DNA of 64,000 bases, taken from NCBI RefSeq assembly GCF_018350175.1, contig NC_058369.1, forward strand, positions 11,224,001-11,288,000, written 5' to 3'. The notes beneath the pieces are model-generated. The model saw only the letters and a program-made list of their open reading frames with translations. It did no database searches and was not told the DNA's origin. Shown here piece by piece: positions 63,855 to 64,000 of the stretch. The stretch comes from Felis catus. Its lineage: Eukaryota. The position numbers were made by a program, and so were the translations under genes. Numbering within the stretch: position 1 is the stretch's first letter; the number at the start of each line of letters is the position of its first letter.

Positions 63855-64000
63855 GCCTTTGCATTTCTTTTTAGCAAAATTCCTCCAGTGAGTTATCTAC
63901 ATCTGCTGTCTCCATAAGACCTCCATCTATTCCCTCTTCAACCCACTCCAACCAGACTCCTCCCCGCCACCCCATGAGAGCTGTTCAGGAGTATTCCAAG

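Noticed and set aside
202..63864. Many short ORFs with motifs like MAQSVKRPTSAQVMIS or [27 protein letters not shown]
   Set aside because: They are translations of Can-SINE copies, not a gene family.

Overview
Mammalian genomic DNA, almost certainly from a felid (dense tRNA-derived Can-SINE/SINEC_Fc-type repeats and L1_Fc-type 3' ends). Gene order matches my recollection of human 19p13.12: CASP14 (+, 6 coding exons, 242 aa, intact), an OR1I1-like olfactory receptor pseudogene (+, six frame disruptions), SYDE1 (+, 8 coding exons, 735 aa, intact) and ILVBL/HACL2 (-, 15 coding exons, 631 aa, intact). SYDE1 and ILVBL are convergent with almost touching 3' ends. The first ~44 kb is repeat-rich and comparatively AT-rich; the last ~20 kb is GC/CpG-rich. 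I found no convincing new gene or new biological system. The most notable observations are a promoter-like NF-Y/RFX/CRE motif cluster in SYDE1 intron 7, head-on poly(A) signals, an L2-derived in-frame tail behind the OR stop codon, a triple target-site duplication, a probable SINE gene-conversion tract and a strong CTCF motif. Exon boundaries were read by hand and checked for GT-AG and phase. Repeat boundaries and subfamily names are approximate and come from recalled consensus sequences.
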